A DNA stretch of 64,000 bases from the NCBI RefSeq assembly GCF_054482525.1, contig NZ_CM137006.1; one strand, written 5' to 3'. How positions within the stretch are numbered: the first letter of the stretch is position 1; each line of letters opens with the position of its first letter. Below are positions 23,306 to 34,928 of this stretch, in pieces. A program made the position numbers and the translations under genes. The notes beneath the pieces are model-generated. The model made no database searches. It had not been told where the DNA came from and saw nothing but the letters and a program-made list of their open reading frames with translations.

Positions 23306-25299
23306 GATAACTTCCTGTTAATCACGCAATCCGGGTTAGCCGTCAGACTTCCGGTATTACCGTTGATTTCAAAACCCTGAACCTGGCGCATTTGTGAGAA
23401 ATGATTTGTCAACGACCAGGCATCGACGCCCATCGCATACATGCGAGCCAGCGAATAATCGTTGTTCACCGCGCTGAGCGCCTGCTGCATTAACGGCAGA
23501 TTACCGCCTGCCAGCATCGGGATTTCGCTGTACTGCAAGCCTTCCATCTCCAGACGGAAATCCGGGCCTGCGGTGCCTTGTGCGCTGCGGGAACTGGCGT
23601 ACAGCGTTGCACCGCTCTGGCTACCGTTACGCATGGCGATCATCGGTTTGATAAAAGCGATTTCACCCGGCGTTGCCACAATGTAGACCGCATCGACACG
23701 ACCGCCATTATTGGTGAACTGGTCATCGGTTGGCGTGGTTTGCAGCGTTGGATTGTTGGTCGTCATGCCGGAGTCGGTTGTCGCTCTGGGAGTAATCGGG
23801 CTACCCGTTAAAGCAATACCAGAACCGCCGTTAACACCCGCGCGTAATTCGCTGGTGGAACCAAATTTTTGTTGCAGAACGGTGCCGCCACCCAGTTTCT
23901 GCCACTCTTGCGCAAACGCATTGGCTACGCGATCGCCCAATGAACTACGTGGGATCAGCACCAGCGGCGCTTGTTTACCCTGGTCACGAATATGACGCGC
24001 AGCATCGCGCGCTTCGTCTTCTGGTGAAAGCGCGAAGTAACAAATATTGACGCGGTTTTCGATATTCTCCGGCTGGTTCAGTGCCAGCACGTTCAGCGGG
24101 GTGTTGCTCTTCAGCAACTCTTCAACGTTATTTTTCAGCAACGGGCCGACCACAATACTCGCGCCATCCTGTTGAACCTGGTTGAGGATCTGGCTAAGTG
24201 GTTGTGATGATGTATCGTAGATTTTCAGCTCTGCGGATGGATTCGCAGGTGCGCTTACCGCTGCGGTGGTTGCCGCCGGGGCGTTTACAGGCACCGGCTG
24301 GGCCGCAGGTTGTTCACCGGTCAGATCGCTAACCGAGGCTTGTGCCGGGCTGGCAACGCCATCCACGGTTTGCGGCTGAGGTTGTTCTGCTACGTCTGCG
24401 GCAGGTGCGGCAGCTACCTGAGTCGCCACTGGCTGAGTGCCGATATTTTTCGCCGCTTCAAAGCCTTGCTGAATAGTGCGACCAAATACCGCTGCCTGGC
24501 CATTCAGTGGCAAAAGCAGGGCGATTTTGTTGGTCGATGCGGGTTTAAACGCTTTTACGTTAACCAACTGCGTTGGCAGCATTTTCGCGCCCGGGTTGTT
24601 CGGATAACGTTTCTGCCAGTCGGCGATCCCGGCTTTCATCATGTCGGGATCGTTACGGTTATCAAACCAGATGCGCTGCAGATCCAGCCAGCCTTGCAGA
24701 ATATTTTCGTCGGCATTGATCACCAGCGTATTCGCCTGTTCCTGAGTCATGGAGGAGAGCGCCTGCCAGGTTGCGTCAATATTCTGCTGCTTTTCTTTCG
24801 CGCCGAGCAGCGGTTCCTGAGCAATTAACGCGCGCAGTAAATCAATGGAAGGACGCCCCTGGCTGGCATCGATTTTTACCTGCCAGTAACGCGCTTGCTG
24901 GTTTTGTTCTAAATCTGCAGGTGTGATTTTCGCCAGCAAGTTTTGCGCGCCAGCAAAATCTTTCTGCGCCAGTTTAATCTCTGCCGCCAGCAGTGTTTTC
25001 TCGCGACGCTGAGAATCGTTCAGTTCTTGCGGTAGTTGGTTAAACAACTCCACCGCCTGTCCGGTTTTACCTTCTTTCACCAGTGCACGAATGGCGAGTA
25101 ATTGCCAGTTGATCCTGGTATCATCAGAGCTTTGCTGCATCTGTTGCAGGTAAAAGGCAGAATCAGCCTGCGCCGTGCCCTGCATATAAGCAGTGGACTG
25201 ATCGGGAGTATGGGTGCCACAACCGGCGAAAATCAGGGCTGCCAGAACAACAGGCAGACAACGCGCGGCTTTCAAACGAGAAAATGTTGAGGGTACCAT
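23263..25299 (-). CDS. lpoA: Outer-membrane lipoprotein activator of PBP1A, LpoA
   Basis: The ORF-track entry is 688 aa. The start [27 protein letters not shown] at 25299 gives 678 aa. The lipobox is IFAGC. A Pro/Ala/Gln-rich linker separates the N-terminal TPR-like domain from the C-terminal domain. Confidence 0.94.
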   Translation of the reverse strand: MVPSTFSRLKAARCLPVVLAALIFAGCGTHTPDQSTAYMQGTAQADSAFYLQQMQQSSDDTRINWQLLAIRALVKEGKTGQAVELFNQLPQELNDSQRREKTLLAAEIKLAQKDFAGAQNLLAKITPADLEQNQQARYWQVKIDASQGRPSIDLLRALIAQEPLLGAKEKQQNIDATWQALSSMTQEQANTLVINADENILQGWLDLQRIWFDNRNDPDMMKAGIADWQKRYPNNPGAKMLPTQLVNVKAFKPASTNKIALLLPLNGQAAVFGRTIQQGFEAAKNIGTQPVATQVAAAPAADVAEQPQPQTVDGVASPAQASVSDLTGEQPAAQPVPVNAPAATTAAVSAPANPSAELKIYDTSSQPLSQILNQVQQDGASIVVGPLLKNNVEELLKSNTPLNVLALNQPENIENRVNICYFALSPEDEARDAARHIRDQGKQAPLVLIPRSSLGDRVANAFAQEWQKLGGGTVLQQKFGSTSELRAGVNGGSGIALTGSPITPRATTDSGMTTNNPTLQTTPTDDQFTNNGGRVDAVYIVATPGEIAFIKPMIAMRNGSQSGATLYASSRSAQGTAGPDFRLEMEGLQYSEIPMLAGGNLPLMQQALSAVNNDYSLARMYAMGVDAWSLTNHFSQMRQVQGFEINGNTGSLTANPDCVINRKLSWLQYQQGQVVPAS

Positions 25300-25363
25300 A
25301 ATGTATCCAGTGATATTTTTTTTACGCAATGCTCAATATTAAATCGGCAAAACGGACGACACA

Positions 25364-26227
25364 ATGAAACAACACCAATCGGCGGATAATTCTCAGGGCC
25401 AGCTTTACATTGTACCGACGCCAATCGGCAATCTGGCGGATATCACCCAGCGTGCGTTGGAGGTATTACAGGCCGTTGATCTGATTGCCGCCGAGGATAC
25501 GCGTCACACCGGTTTATTGCTGCAACATTTTGGGATTAATGCTCGGTTGTTTGCGCTGCACGACCATAACGAACAACAAAAAGCCGAAACGCTGCTGGCG
25601 AAGCTGCAAGAGGGGCAAAACATTGCGCTGGTTTCCGATGCCGGAACGCCGCTAATTAACGATCCTGGCTACCATCTGGTGCGTACCTGCCGTGAAGCGG
25701 GGATTCGCGTGGTGCCGCTACCCGGGCCGTGTGCTGCTATCACTGCGTTAAGCGCCGCGGGTTTACCATCCGATCGTTTTTGTTATGAAGGCTTTTTACC
25801 TGCCAAATCAAAAGGCCGCCGTGATGCGCTAAAAGCCATTGAAGCGGAGCCGCGCACGCTGATTTTTTATGAATCTACCCACCGTCTGTTAGATAGCCTG
25901 GAAGATATCGTTGCGGTATTAGGCGAATCCCGCTACGTCGTTCTGGCGCGTGAGCTGACCAAAACCTGGGAAACCATTCACGGCGCGCCCGTTGGCGAGC
26001 TGCTGGCGTGGGTCAAAGAAGATGAAAACCGTCGCAAAGGCGAAATGGTACTGATTGTCGAAGGCCATAAAGCACAGGAAGAAGACTTACCCGCCGATGC
26101 CCTGCGCACGCTGGCGCTGCTACAGGCAGAACTGCCACTGAAAAAAGCGGCGGCGCTGGCAGCAGAAATTCACGGCGTGAAGAAAAATGCGCTGTATAAG
26201 TATGCACTGGAGCAGCAGGGAGAGTGA
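25364..26227 (+). CDS. rsmI: 16S rRNA (cytidine1402-2'-O)-methyltransferase RsmI
   Basis: 287-aa ORF ..[39 protein letters not shown].., a tetrapyrrole-methylase-fold signature. It is divergent from lpoA. Confidence 0.94.
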
Positions 26228-26276
26228 TTACAGGCGTCGCAGCAGGAATAGCGTTGCAACGCCTGTAGCAGGCGAG

Positions 26277-27044
26277 TTAACGACGACACATCTCATCAAT
26301 CATGCATGTGAAATAGTTATGCAGCCATAAAAATGAAGCCGGGATAGCGGTAGAGACTTTAGCCGTGAGAAAACGTTCTGTCGCATCCTGCTTTCCTTCG
26401 CCAGTCACCAGTAACAAAACTTCGTGGGCATTGAGAATATCCTTCAGGCCTAAGGTGATCCCACGAGTCACGGGACGGCCCGCGGTTTTTAACATCTCAT
26501 GTTGCTGTGTTCTGGCATCAAGTTGACTGATATGGCAGGCCGGTTGCAGGCTTTCTCCCGGTTCGTTCAGCCCAAGATGACCGTTTTTCCCCAACCCGAG
26601 AACGCATAAATCCAGACCGCCTTTGCGCGCAATCAGGTGCGTTACCCGTTCGCACTCTGTCTCATTTATCTCTTCGGAGCGAAAGCTGATGAGCTGGTCT
26701 TCACGCAGCCCCAGCGGCTGCACGATATGCTGTTGCAGGAAAGTTTCGCAGGTACCAGGCATAGTTAATGGCAGATCCACCCATTCGTCGAGCTTCACGA
26801 AGGTGAGCTGGCTGACATCAACCTGCTGCTGGTGGATTTTTTCTACCAGATAATGATACGTCAGTAATGGCGTGGCTCCGGTCGCCAGGCAAATCACTGC
26901 ATCCGGTTTGCTACGGATCACTGCCAATAAATATTCGCTGGCACGTTCACTTAACGCCATATAGTTTTCAACTTGCTGAAGGGTTTGCACAGGATGAAAT
27001 TCCTTAAGTAAAGAGGCACCACCAGACGCAGTGCCTCGTTCCAT
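26277..27044 (-). CDS. agaI: Putative galactosamine-6-phosphate deaminase/isomerase AgaI (NagB family)
   Basis: 255-aa ORF, NagB-like (..ATGATPLLTY.., ..GLGKNGHLGLNEPG..), and the last gene of the aga cluster. The start codon is uncertain. Confidence 0.88.
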   Translation of the reverse strand: MERGTASGGASLLKEFHPVQTLQQVENYMALSERASEYLLAVIRSKPDAVICLATGATPLLTYHYLVEKIHQQQVDVSQLTFVKLDEWVDLPLTMPGTCETFLQQHIVQPLGLREDQLISFRSEEINETECERVTHLIARKGGLDLCVLGLGKNGHLGLNEPGESLQPACHISQLDARTQQHEMLKTAGRPVTRGITLGLKDILNAHEVLLLVTGEGKQDATERFLTAKVSTAIPASFLWLHNYFTCMIDEMCRR

Positions 27045-27836
27045 TTACAAAATGCCGAATGCGGAACAAACAATAGAGAGCACAAAAGTCACGCCGATTA
27101 ACAGCACCGGATGCGCTTTTTTCACCCGCAGGAAGTAATACATCAGCAGGGTGTAGGCCATCGGTAAAATATTCGGGAAGACTTTATCGAAGAAATCCTG
27201 CTGCAGCGCGACGCTGTGGGTACTGTCGATGGCAAACGATGTCACCACGTTAATATGCACATACGAAGCGATCAGCCCGCCGATTACTGTGATCCCGAGG
27301 ATGGTTGCCGAACGGGCAATCATCTGCGAGTTCTCTCGCACTTTATCGATCGCCTTCACGCCGACTGAATAACCGACGTGGGTCCAGCCGACGCGCAGGA
27401 AAAAGATAAGCAGGTAAACGGCGAAAAATAGAATCGGCCCCAGCAGGTTTCCCTGGCTGGCAAATGATGAGCAAATCCCCGCCATAATCGGCAACAAAGT
27501 GAACCAGAAAATCGCATCGCCAATCCCGGCGATTGGGCCAAACAGTGCCACTTTGAGGCCTTTAATGGTGTCGCGGTTTTCTCCTTTTTCTTCCATCGAA
27601 ATTAATAACCCCATCAGGAATCCGACCAGATTCGGGTGGGTATTAATAAATTCGAGGTTATCTTTCATCGCCGCGCTTAGGCCCGGTTTGTCGTCCTTAT
27701 AAATCTTTTTCAGGATCGGCAACATCGCCCAGGTAAAACCGCCCGCCTGCATCCTTTCGTAGTTAAAGCTTGCTTGTAGCAGTGACGAACGAAAGCCCAG
27801 ACGGGTGATATCTTTTTTACTGATTTCAGATCCCAT
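27045..27836 (-). CDS. agaD: PTS galactosamine-specific EIID component
   Basis: The ORF-track entry is 312 aa. The start MGSEISKKDITRLGFRSSLLQASFNYERMQ at 27836 gives 263 aa. Mannose-family IID signature. It overlaps the agaC stop by 11 nt. Confidence 0.93.
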   Translation of the reverse strand: MGSEISKKDITRLGFRSSLLQASFNYERMQAGGFTWAMLPILKKIYKDDKPGLSAAMKDNLEFINTHPNLVGFLMGLLISMEEKGENRDTIKGLKVALFGPIAGIGDAIFWFTLLPIMAGICSSFASQGNLLGPILFFAVYLLIFFLRVGWTHVGYSVGVKAIDKVRENSQMIARSATILGITVIGGLIASYVHINVVTSFAIDSTHSVALQQDFFDKVFPNILPMAYTLLMYYFLRVKKAHPVLLIGVTFVLSIVCSAFGIL

Positions 27837-28629
27837 TGCTGTAGTCCTCTTCTTCATTTTTACTGGCAACGGGCTGCGGTTGCGCTTGCTGCCGGGATTT
27901 CGCATTGAAAAACTCATACACCGCAAAGCCTGCACCCAGTACGGCAACCGGCAACAGGTTGCTGACCTGGATGTAGCAAACAAACAGGAAGCCAGCGATC
28001 AGGTAAGGGATATATTGCGCTTTGAACATCACGCGCAGCAGCAAGCCAAAACCAACGGCAGGCAGAATACCACCAGCCACTTCAAAGCCGTGGGTCAGCC
28101 AGGCGGGCATCGCTTTCACCAGCGCCTGCATCGCCCCTTGTGCCAGGTAAGTACAGAGGAACGCAATCACCGCATACGCTGAAGCGACGATGAGCATCGT
28201 TGTCCAGTTAAGTCGGGAAAACGCTGCCGTATCCGCCTCTTTCGCGCATTTATCGGCTTTGGTCATAAATAATGAGAAAGCGGAATAGAAGAACAGAATG
28301 ACGTACTGCATTAACAAACTAAACGGCAGGCCAAGACCAATTGCCGTTTTGGCATCAACGCCCGTAGACCATGCAATGACGGTGGTCATCAGACCCGCCA
28401 TAATCGGGTTGGGCGGCTGAACACCACCTGCAGGGGTTAATCCGGCGAAAGCCAACTCTGTCAGACCACCGGTAATTAAGCCAGTCTGAATATCACCGAG
28501 AATAGCGCCAGTTAGGGTACAAACGATTATCGGGCGGAATAAAAATAAGGCTTCCAGCCAAAAATCAATCCCCAGAAAGAAAACTAACGCCGCCAGGGAT
28601 AATCCCTGGAGTAGGGTTATTTCATGCAT
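27826..28629 (-). CDS. agaC: PTS galactosamine-specific EIIC component
   Basis: 267-aa polytopic ORF of the mannose-family IIC type. Confidence 0.93.
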   Translation of the reverse strand: MHEITLLQGLSLAALVFFLGIDFWLEALFLFRPIIVCTLTGAILGDIQTGLITGGLTELAFAGLTPAGGVQPPNPIMAGLMTTVIAWSTGVDAKTAIGLGLPFSLLMQYVILFFYSAFSLFMTKADKCAKEADTAAFSRLNWTTMLIVASAYAVIAFLCTYLAQGAMQALVKAMPAWLTHGFEVAGGILPAVGFGLLLRVMFKAQYIPYLIAGFLFVCYIQVSNLLPVAVLGAGFAVYEFFNAKSRQQAQPQPVASKNEEEDYSNGI

Positions 28630-28667
28630 TTTTATTACCTCAAACCAATATTAAGGCGATTTTAGAT

Positions 28668-29144
28668 TTAGTCAGGGATTTGTTCTTTTTGATCGCCAGG
28701 GACGTCCTGAATGAAAACATTCACGCCACGTTGTTTAATAAAACGTAAGTCCGTGAGATCCTGGTCATCGACATAAACTTTACTGCTGATTTGCTTTTTC
28801 CCTTCCGAGAAATGCATATTGCCGACGTTGACATCTTTCAGGTCAATGCCACCTTCTACCAATTTACGTACCGTTTGTGGCGTACGGCAAATCAGGAAGA
28901 TCTTTTGATGCGGTGCAGCTTTGCCGATGACATTAATGGTTTTTTCGATAGTAAAGAAACGAATGCCAAAGCCGTAGGTTTCCGCGGTAATACCCATTAA
29001 TTTCTGTTGAATATCATCGTTAGCGACAACATCATCCACGACTACCAGCAGATTTGCACCGATGGTAGATGTCCAGGTCACACCAACCTGGCCATGAACC
29101 AGACGGTTATCAATACGGGTTAAGAGAATATTTGGACTGCTCAT
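28668..29144 (-). CDS. agaB: PTS galactosamine-specific EIIB component
   Basis: 158-aa ORF MSSPNILLTRIDNRLVHGQVGVTW, a mannose-family IIB with the phospho-His motif. Confidence 0.93.
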   Translation of the reverse strand: MSSPNILLTRIDNRLVHGQVGVTWTSTIGANLLVVVDDVVANDDIQQKLMGITAETYGFGIRFFTIEKTINVIGKAAPHQKIFLICRTPQTVRKLVEGGIDLKDVNVGNMHFSEGKKQISSKVYVDDQDLTDLRFIKQRGVNVFIQDVPGDQKEQIPD

Positions 29145-29310
29145 TGTGTAATCCTCACCATAAAGTTGAATAATATAATCTTTTTAAATATATTATTGTT
29201 GCGGTATTGTACTGATGTATTTATTAAGGTTTAGTTATCTCCTTTACCATTAAGGCACTCCCCGATATTAATCGGGAAGTACATTGGGATAAATCATAAA
29301 AAACTAATGA

Positions 29311-30183
<873 letters not shown>

Positions 30184-31338
30184 TTATGCCTGCCACGGAT
30201 GAATGATTACGCCTTGCACCACGCGGTTAACGGTGCCACTGGCTGATGGGGTATCCGGCGTATTGCCCATGTGCAGCGACTGCATCAGTGCAAACGTCTG
30301 GGCGTACATCAGGAAGCAAAATGCCTGCTCAACGTCGATAAAGTGACGGGACGGCGGCAGGATGATATGTGGACCGGCGGTAATAACGTCGTTGCTTTCC
30401 GCGGCGATAGCGATTACGCGCATCGCCTGGTTATCGCGGCGAAGTTCAGCCAGCAGATCAAGATCATACTGACGGGTGTAAGGGTGGCTGGAGACAAATA
30501 CCACCACCAGCGTTTCGTTATCGACCAGCGATTTCGGGCCATGACGGAATCCGGTCGGGGAATCATAAAAGGCCGCCAGTTTACCCGCCGTCAGTTCCAG
30601 TACTTTCAGCGCCGACTCGCGTGCTGCGCCCTGTAAGCCACCGCTGCCGAGATAAACGATCCGTTTCCACGGTGCGTAACCAAACACACCTTCGCTGAAA
30701 TCGCCCAGTGAGGTCAGGATCGCCTGGCAACGATCCGCCACGTCGCGGAAGCTCTGGCTATTGATCGTCTCAGGTGCGAAAACCGCGAGGCAGCTGGCCA
30801 TCATGGTGGTAATGCTGCTGGTCATCGCAAAGCCGCGATCGTGCGTTTCTGCGGGCATCAGCAGGGCAAACGCGTTGTCGCTGTTGATCGCGTTTTGGTA
30901 AAGAGCGCCCGCTTCGTTGCAGGTGATCGGCAGGTGATAGCATTCTGGTACAAATTGATTTGCCAGTTCCACGGCGGCGACGCTTTCCGGGCTGTTGCCG
31001 GATCGACCGAAGGAGATCAACAGTAGCGGATGAGCTGGATTCAGGTAGTCCATCGGATTAGTGACCAGATCGGTGGTCGGTACGGCGCTGAAGTTTTTAC
31101 CGGTATGGCTGGCGAGCCACGGCGCGATGATGTCACCGATAAATGCCGAGGTTCCGGCTCCGGTCAGGATTACCCGCAGATTCTCTTTGAGCAGTAACGG
31201 TTCAAGGAAGTTATTGAGCGCGGAACGTAGCGCGTCGATGTTGGTGAGTGAACGGATCCATGCGCGAGGCTGATGGCGGATCTCTTCTTCAGTCCATGTA
31301 CCGGTTGCGGCAGCAGCAGGGGTGTAATTTTCTGGCAT
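30184..31338 (-). CDS. agaS: SIS-domain galactosamine-6-phosphate deaminase/isomerase AgaS
   Basis: 384-aa ORF with tandem SIS domains (..ILTGAGTSAFIG.., ..YLGSGGLQGAARE..). Confidence 0.94.
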   Translation of the reverse strand: MPENYTPAAAATGTWTEEEIRHQPRAWIRSLTNIDALRSALNNFLEPLLLKENLRVILTGAGTSAFIGDIIAPWLASHTGKNFSAVPTTDLVTNPMDYLNPAHPLLLISFGRSGNSPESVAAVELANQFVPECYHLPITCNEAGALYQNAINSDNAFALLMPAETHDRGFAMTSSITTMMASCLAVFAPETINSQSFRDVADRCQAILTSLGDFSEGVFGYAPWKRIVYLGSGGLQGAARESALKVLELTAGKLAAFYDSPTGFRHGPKSLVDNETLVVVFVSSHPYTRQYDLDLLAELRRDNQAMRVIAIAAESNDVITAGPHIILPPSRHFIDVEQAFCFLMYAQTFALMQSLHMGNTPDTPSASGTVNRVVQGVIIHPWQA

Positions 31339-31377
31339 AACTCAATCCTTAGTCTGATGAACTTGACGTCGGGCGTT

Positions 31378-31522
31378 GTCGCTTTCGCTTACCTTTCGTT
31401 TCATTTCACTTGGTGATGTCTTTCGTTGATTAAAATCTATAGAAAAGAAACTGAAAGTTCAATGGAGAAAAAAGAAATAAAACGAAATTTGTGATCATTG
31501 AAAGAAAAGACAAGGGAAGATT
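31378..31522 (-). promoter_or_regulatory. agaS promoter region with AgaR-operator-like CTTTC/GAAAG repeats
   Basis: Dense repeats: gctttcgcttacctttcgtttcatttcac, tctttcgttg, aaaagaaactgaaagttc, aaacgaaatttgtgatcattgaaagaaaag. A CRP-like half site TGTGA sits at 31490-31494. The same motif family occurs in the kbaZ-agaR spacer. Confidence 0.65.
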
Positions 31523-31558
31523 AAAGGATTGCGTAATGACGTCGCTATGTTCACCGAT

Positions 31559-31614
31559 TGCCGGATGCGGCGTACCGTAGGTCGGATCAGACGCGTTAGC
31601 GTCGCATCCGACAC
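31559..31614. repeat. REP element(s) in the agaA-agaS spacer
   Basis: tgccggatgcggcgta (a partial unit) plus gtaggtcggatcagacgcgttagcgtcgcatccgacac. Confidence 0.8.
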
Positions 31615-31688
31615 CGCTGCACAGATCAAAAAGAAAGAAAAAGAAAGGCCTTACGGGGGAAGTGAAGGCCCAATAATGGAGCAAACCA

Positions 31689-32822
31689 TCAAAACGAAGC
31701 TAATTGACCCTGAATCCAGATTTGTTGCACATGCAGCCCGCTATCCAGCGCAACGACGCTGGCGCGTTTGCCCGGTTTAAGCGATCCCAGAACACCATCA
31801 ACACCCAGCATTCGCGCCGGATGCAGCGACGCCATATGGATGGCTTCCGCAGGCGTTACGCCCGTTAACTCGACCATGTTGCGCACTGCTGCATCGACAG
31901 ATAGCGTACTGCCCGCCAGCCCACCGGACGCGGTACGGACAACGCCACCGTGCATCTGCACTTCTTCGCCACATAACGTATAGCGACCATCCGGCATCCC
32001 AGCTGCCTGCATCGCGTCGGTGATCAGTACGATTCTCTCTTTCGCACAGCAACAACACAGCGACATCGCCGCCGGATGCACATGATGACCATCGGCTATC
32101 AGTTCCAGCCAGGCGCGCTTGTCCGTTAATCCCGCGCCAACCATTCCCGGTTCGCGGTGATGTAAACCTGTCATCCCGTTATAGCAATGCACCAGGCCGT
32201 CGGCACCAGCATCAAATGCGGCGCGGGTTTGTTGCCAGGTCGCCGCGCTATGCCCCAGCATCACCCTTACGTTTTGCTGTTTAAGATGGCGGATGGCCTG
32301 CAATGCCCCTTCTTTTTCCGGTGCCAGCGCTACCACGCGCAAGGTGTGCTGAGAAACGGCAATCAATTGATCCAGCTCGGCAATTTCAAGCTCGCGAAAC
32401 AACTCCGGCGGATGCGCGCCTTTATTCTGCGGCGTGAAGTACGGTCCTTCGAGATAACTCCCCAGCACTTGCGCACCAGGTCCGCCGCGTTGGCAACGTT
32501 GAGCAATACGTTTCAGCGCCGCATGAATGGTATTAAGCGGCGCGGTTACGGTGGTCGGTAACCAACTGCCGACACCTTCGCGTGCCTTGTGCATTGCCAG
32601 CTTGTCGAGTACATCCGGCGCGTCATCCATTACATCAACGCCCGCACCACCATGTACATGGGTGTCGATGTAAGCGGGGCAGAGCAGTTCCGCATCGCGT
32701 TCAGTCACGCCCACTGGAATCGGTTCGATTGCTGCGATTACACCGTCAGCAATACGCAACTGATGGTCATCGAGCCATCCCTCTTCAGTCAGCAGCCTTC
32801 TGGCGCGCAGAACGTGTGTCAT
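31689..32822 (-). CDS. agaA: N-acetylgalactosamine-6-phosphate deacetylase AgaA, full length
   Basis: The ORF-track entry is 384 aa. The start MTHVLRARRLLTEEGWLDD at 32822 gives 377 aa. NagA-type amidohydrolase motif YIDTHVHGGAG. The ATGA overlap with the agaF stop suggests translational coupling. Confidence 0.92.
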   Translation of the reverse strand: MTHVLRARRLLTEEGWLDDHQLRIADGVIAAIEPIPVGVTERDAELLCPAYIDTHVHGGAGVDVMDDAPDVLDKLAMHKAREGVGSWLPTTVTAPLNTIHAALKRIAQRCQRGGPGAQVLGSYLEGPYFTPQNKGAHPPELFRELEIAELDQLIAVSQHTLRVVALAPEKEGALQAIRHLKQQNVRVMLGHSAATWQQTRAAFDAGADGLVHCYNGMTGLHHREPGMVGAGLTDKRAWLELIADGHHVHPAAMSLCCCCAKERIVLITDAMQAAGMPDGRYTLCGEEVQMHGGVVRTASGGLAGSTLSVDAAVRNMVELTGVTPAEAIHMASLHPARMLGVDGVLGSLKPGKRASVVALDSGLHVQQIWIQGQLASF

Positions 32823-33253
32823 ATTCCTTCCTCGACCGGACATTCTTCATGGCAGCGGCCTAACTCGTCTACCAGACTGGTCAGCCCACGGTGTCCACAC
32901 TCCAGCGCCTGCACACGGAACTCTTCACCGCTTAACCCTTCGCGCTCCAGCACCATCTCCAGTAGCAGTTGCAAATTGGTGCCGGTGATCACTTCACAGC
33001 CCGGTTTTTGCATCGCCAGCGTTGAAGCTACGCGAAACGGCGTGCCGCCCAGCAAATCTGTCAGAAAAACAATGCCGTCTTCACAATCCAGTTGGGCGAT
33101 GGCCTCTTCAAGCTGCGATGTAAGCAGCGCGGTGCTTGAGGTTTCGGGAAAATCGATGGCAATAAACTGCGATTGATCGCCGAGGATTTGCTTCATTGCT
33201 TTTTCCATGCCACTGGCAAACCCGCCATGCCCTGTCAAAATAATACTTAACAT
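32819..33253 (-). CDS. agaF: PTS N-acetylgalactosamine/galactosamine EIIA component
   Basis: 144-aa ORF MLSIILTGHGGFASGMEKAMKQILG, a mannose-family IIA with the His motif. Confidence 0.92.
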   Translation of the reverse strand: MLSIILTGHGGFASGMEKAMKQILGDQSQFIAIDFPETSSTALLTSQLEEAIAQLDCEDGIVFLTDLLGGTPFRVASTLAMQKPGCEVITGTNLQLLLEMVLEREGLSGEEFRVQALECGHRGLTSLVDELGRCHEECPVEEGI

Positions 33254-33270
33254 CTAATACCTCATTGTAT

Positions 33271-34155
33271 TTAAAGGAAATGGCAGAATTTACCGACGAT
33301 ACCGAGAACCACGGTAACTGCAATCAGGCGCAGCGGACTCCAGCCGCGGCGTACCAGCCAGAACATGGTCAGGGTGTAGACCAGCGGTAAGAAGGCAGGC
33401 ATCAGTTTGTCGATAACATCAGCCTGTAACTTAACCACTGCGTCGCCCGCTGTGATTTCCAGCGTGGTGCTTAAACGAACATAGGTTGCCACCAGCGCGC
33501 CGATTACCGTCATCCCAACGATAGACGCAGCATGGCCGACTTTTTTGGTATTCGCTTTAATGAGTGGAATCGCCGCCACGCCCATGCGGTAAGCATAATG
33601 CGCCAGACCAAAACGCAGCCCCAGGTGTACCACGTTGAACAGCACAATAAAGACGACTGCGCCAAGAATAGAGCCTTGTAGCGCGAGGCTTGCGCCTATC
33701 CCGCCACAAATCGGCAGTAGCGTCAGCCAGAACATCGCATCGCCAATCCCGCCAAGTGGCGCACCGACGGCAATTTTGGTGCTCTGAATACTGTTAACGT
33801 CCTGCTTAGAACGCTCCATAGCAAGGATAATGCCGATAACAAACGTCACCAGAAACGGATGGGTATTGAAGAAACCCATATGCCCCTTCATGGCGCGCGC
33901 CAGGTCGCGTTTATTAGTGTGGATCTTTTTCAGAGCAGGCAGCAGACCGTACAACCAGCCGGAAGCCTGCATACGTTCGTAGTTAAAAGACGCTTGTAAC
34001 AGCATGGAACGCCAGGCGACGCGGTTGATATCTTTTTTCGTCAGCTCCGCGCCAATGCTCTGATCTTCATACACGTTTTCATTGACGCCAGTCAGCAATG
34101 TTTCTTCGTTTTCACTGACGTTCGGCAGGGTGGTTTGATTAGATGCCATCTTCAA
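33271..34155 (-). CDS. agaE: PTS N-acetylgalactosamine-specific EIID component
   Basis: 294-aa ORF of IID type (..WRSMLLQASFNYERMQASGW..), paralogous to agaD. Confidence 0.92.
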   Translation of the reverse strand: MKMASNQTTLPNVSENEETLLTGVNENVYEDQSIGAELTKKDINRVAWRSMLLQASFNYERMQASGWLYGLLPALKKIHTNKRDLARAMKGHMGFFNTHPFLVTFVIGIILAMERSKQDVNSIQSTKIAVGAPLGGIGDAMFWLTLLPICGGIGASLALQGSILGAVVFIVLFNVVHLGLRFGLAHYAYRMGVAAIPLIKANTKKVGHAASIVGMTVIGALVATYVRLSTTLEITAGDAVVKLQADVIDKLMPAFLPLVYTLTMFWLVRRGWSPLRLIAVTVVLGIVGKFCHFL

Positions 34156-34918
34156 ATTCCTCTTTCTGTGCCGCAGGTTGAGTCGGTTCAGGAGATTTAC
34201 GCAGCAGGTCGATCAGCGCCATCGCCAGCGCGGCGGCAGCAATAGCCAGCACCGGTAACTTGAGCCAGGCTGCGGCAACAAAGCCCAGGATGAAGTAGGG
34301 GATGTAGACGTTTTTCATCATGATTTTCAGCAGTACGGCAAAACCGATCGCTGGCATGATGCCGCCCGCGACGCCGAGGCCGTCGATTAATCGTTGCGGC
34401 AGGACATCAATGATGGTTTTGGCATGTTCTGCGCCGAAGTAGATAGGCAGGAAAGCGCAGAGAAAATAGAAAGTGCCGAGTGCCAGCAGTGCCAGATAGT
34501 TCACGCGTTCAATGCCGCGAGTATCGGCGTTCTCTGCCATCCGGTCACAGCGGGACATTACGCCAGACATCACCGAGAACAGGAAGGTAATCCCCATCTG
34601 TACTGCGACAGCGAAAGGTACGGCGACACCGACTGCGACATCGGGTTTCACGCCAGTAGTAATGGCAAACGCCGTGCCGACGATAGTACCGATAATCACG
34701 TTAGGCGGCTGTGCGCCCGCCAGCGGGGCCAGCCCCATCCACACCAGTTCCAGCGTACCGCCGGTTAAAATACCGGTATGCAGATCGCCAAGTACCAGCC
34801 CGACTAACGGGCCGAGGACCACCGGGCGGTGCATATGGGTTAGGCCGTTAAACATATCCAGGCCAGCGATAAAGGCGATAATGCCCAACGCGAATGCCTG
34901 CAACAGACTGATTTCCAT
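34139..34918 (-). CDS. agaW: PTS N-acetylgalactosamine-specific EIIC component, full length
   Basis: 259-aa polytopic IIC ORF, paralogous to agaC. Confidence 0.92.
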   Translation of the reverse strand: MEISLLQAFALGIIAFIAGLDMFNGLTHMHRPVVLGPLVGLVLGDLHTGILTGGTLELVWMGLAPLAGAQPPNVIIGTIVGTAFAITTGVKPDVAVGVAVPFAVAVQMGITFLFSVMSGVMSRCDRMAENADTRGIERVNYLALLALGTFYFLCAFLPIYFGAEHAKTIIDVLPQRLIDGLGVAGGIMPAIGFAVLLKIMMKNVYIPYFILGFVAAAWLKLPVLAIAAAALAMALIDLLRKSPEPTQPAAQKEEFEDGI

Positions 34919-34928
34919 GATGAATCCC

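Noticed and set aside
31430-31684. 84-aa minus-strand ORF and 83-aa plus-strand ORF in the agaA-agaS spacer.
   Set aside because: They span the AgaR-operator repeats and a REP. The low-complexity translation (FFFLF...) comes from the GAAAG/CTTTC repeats.
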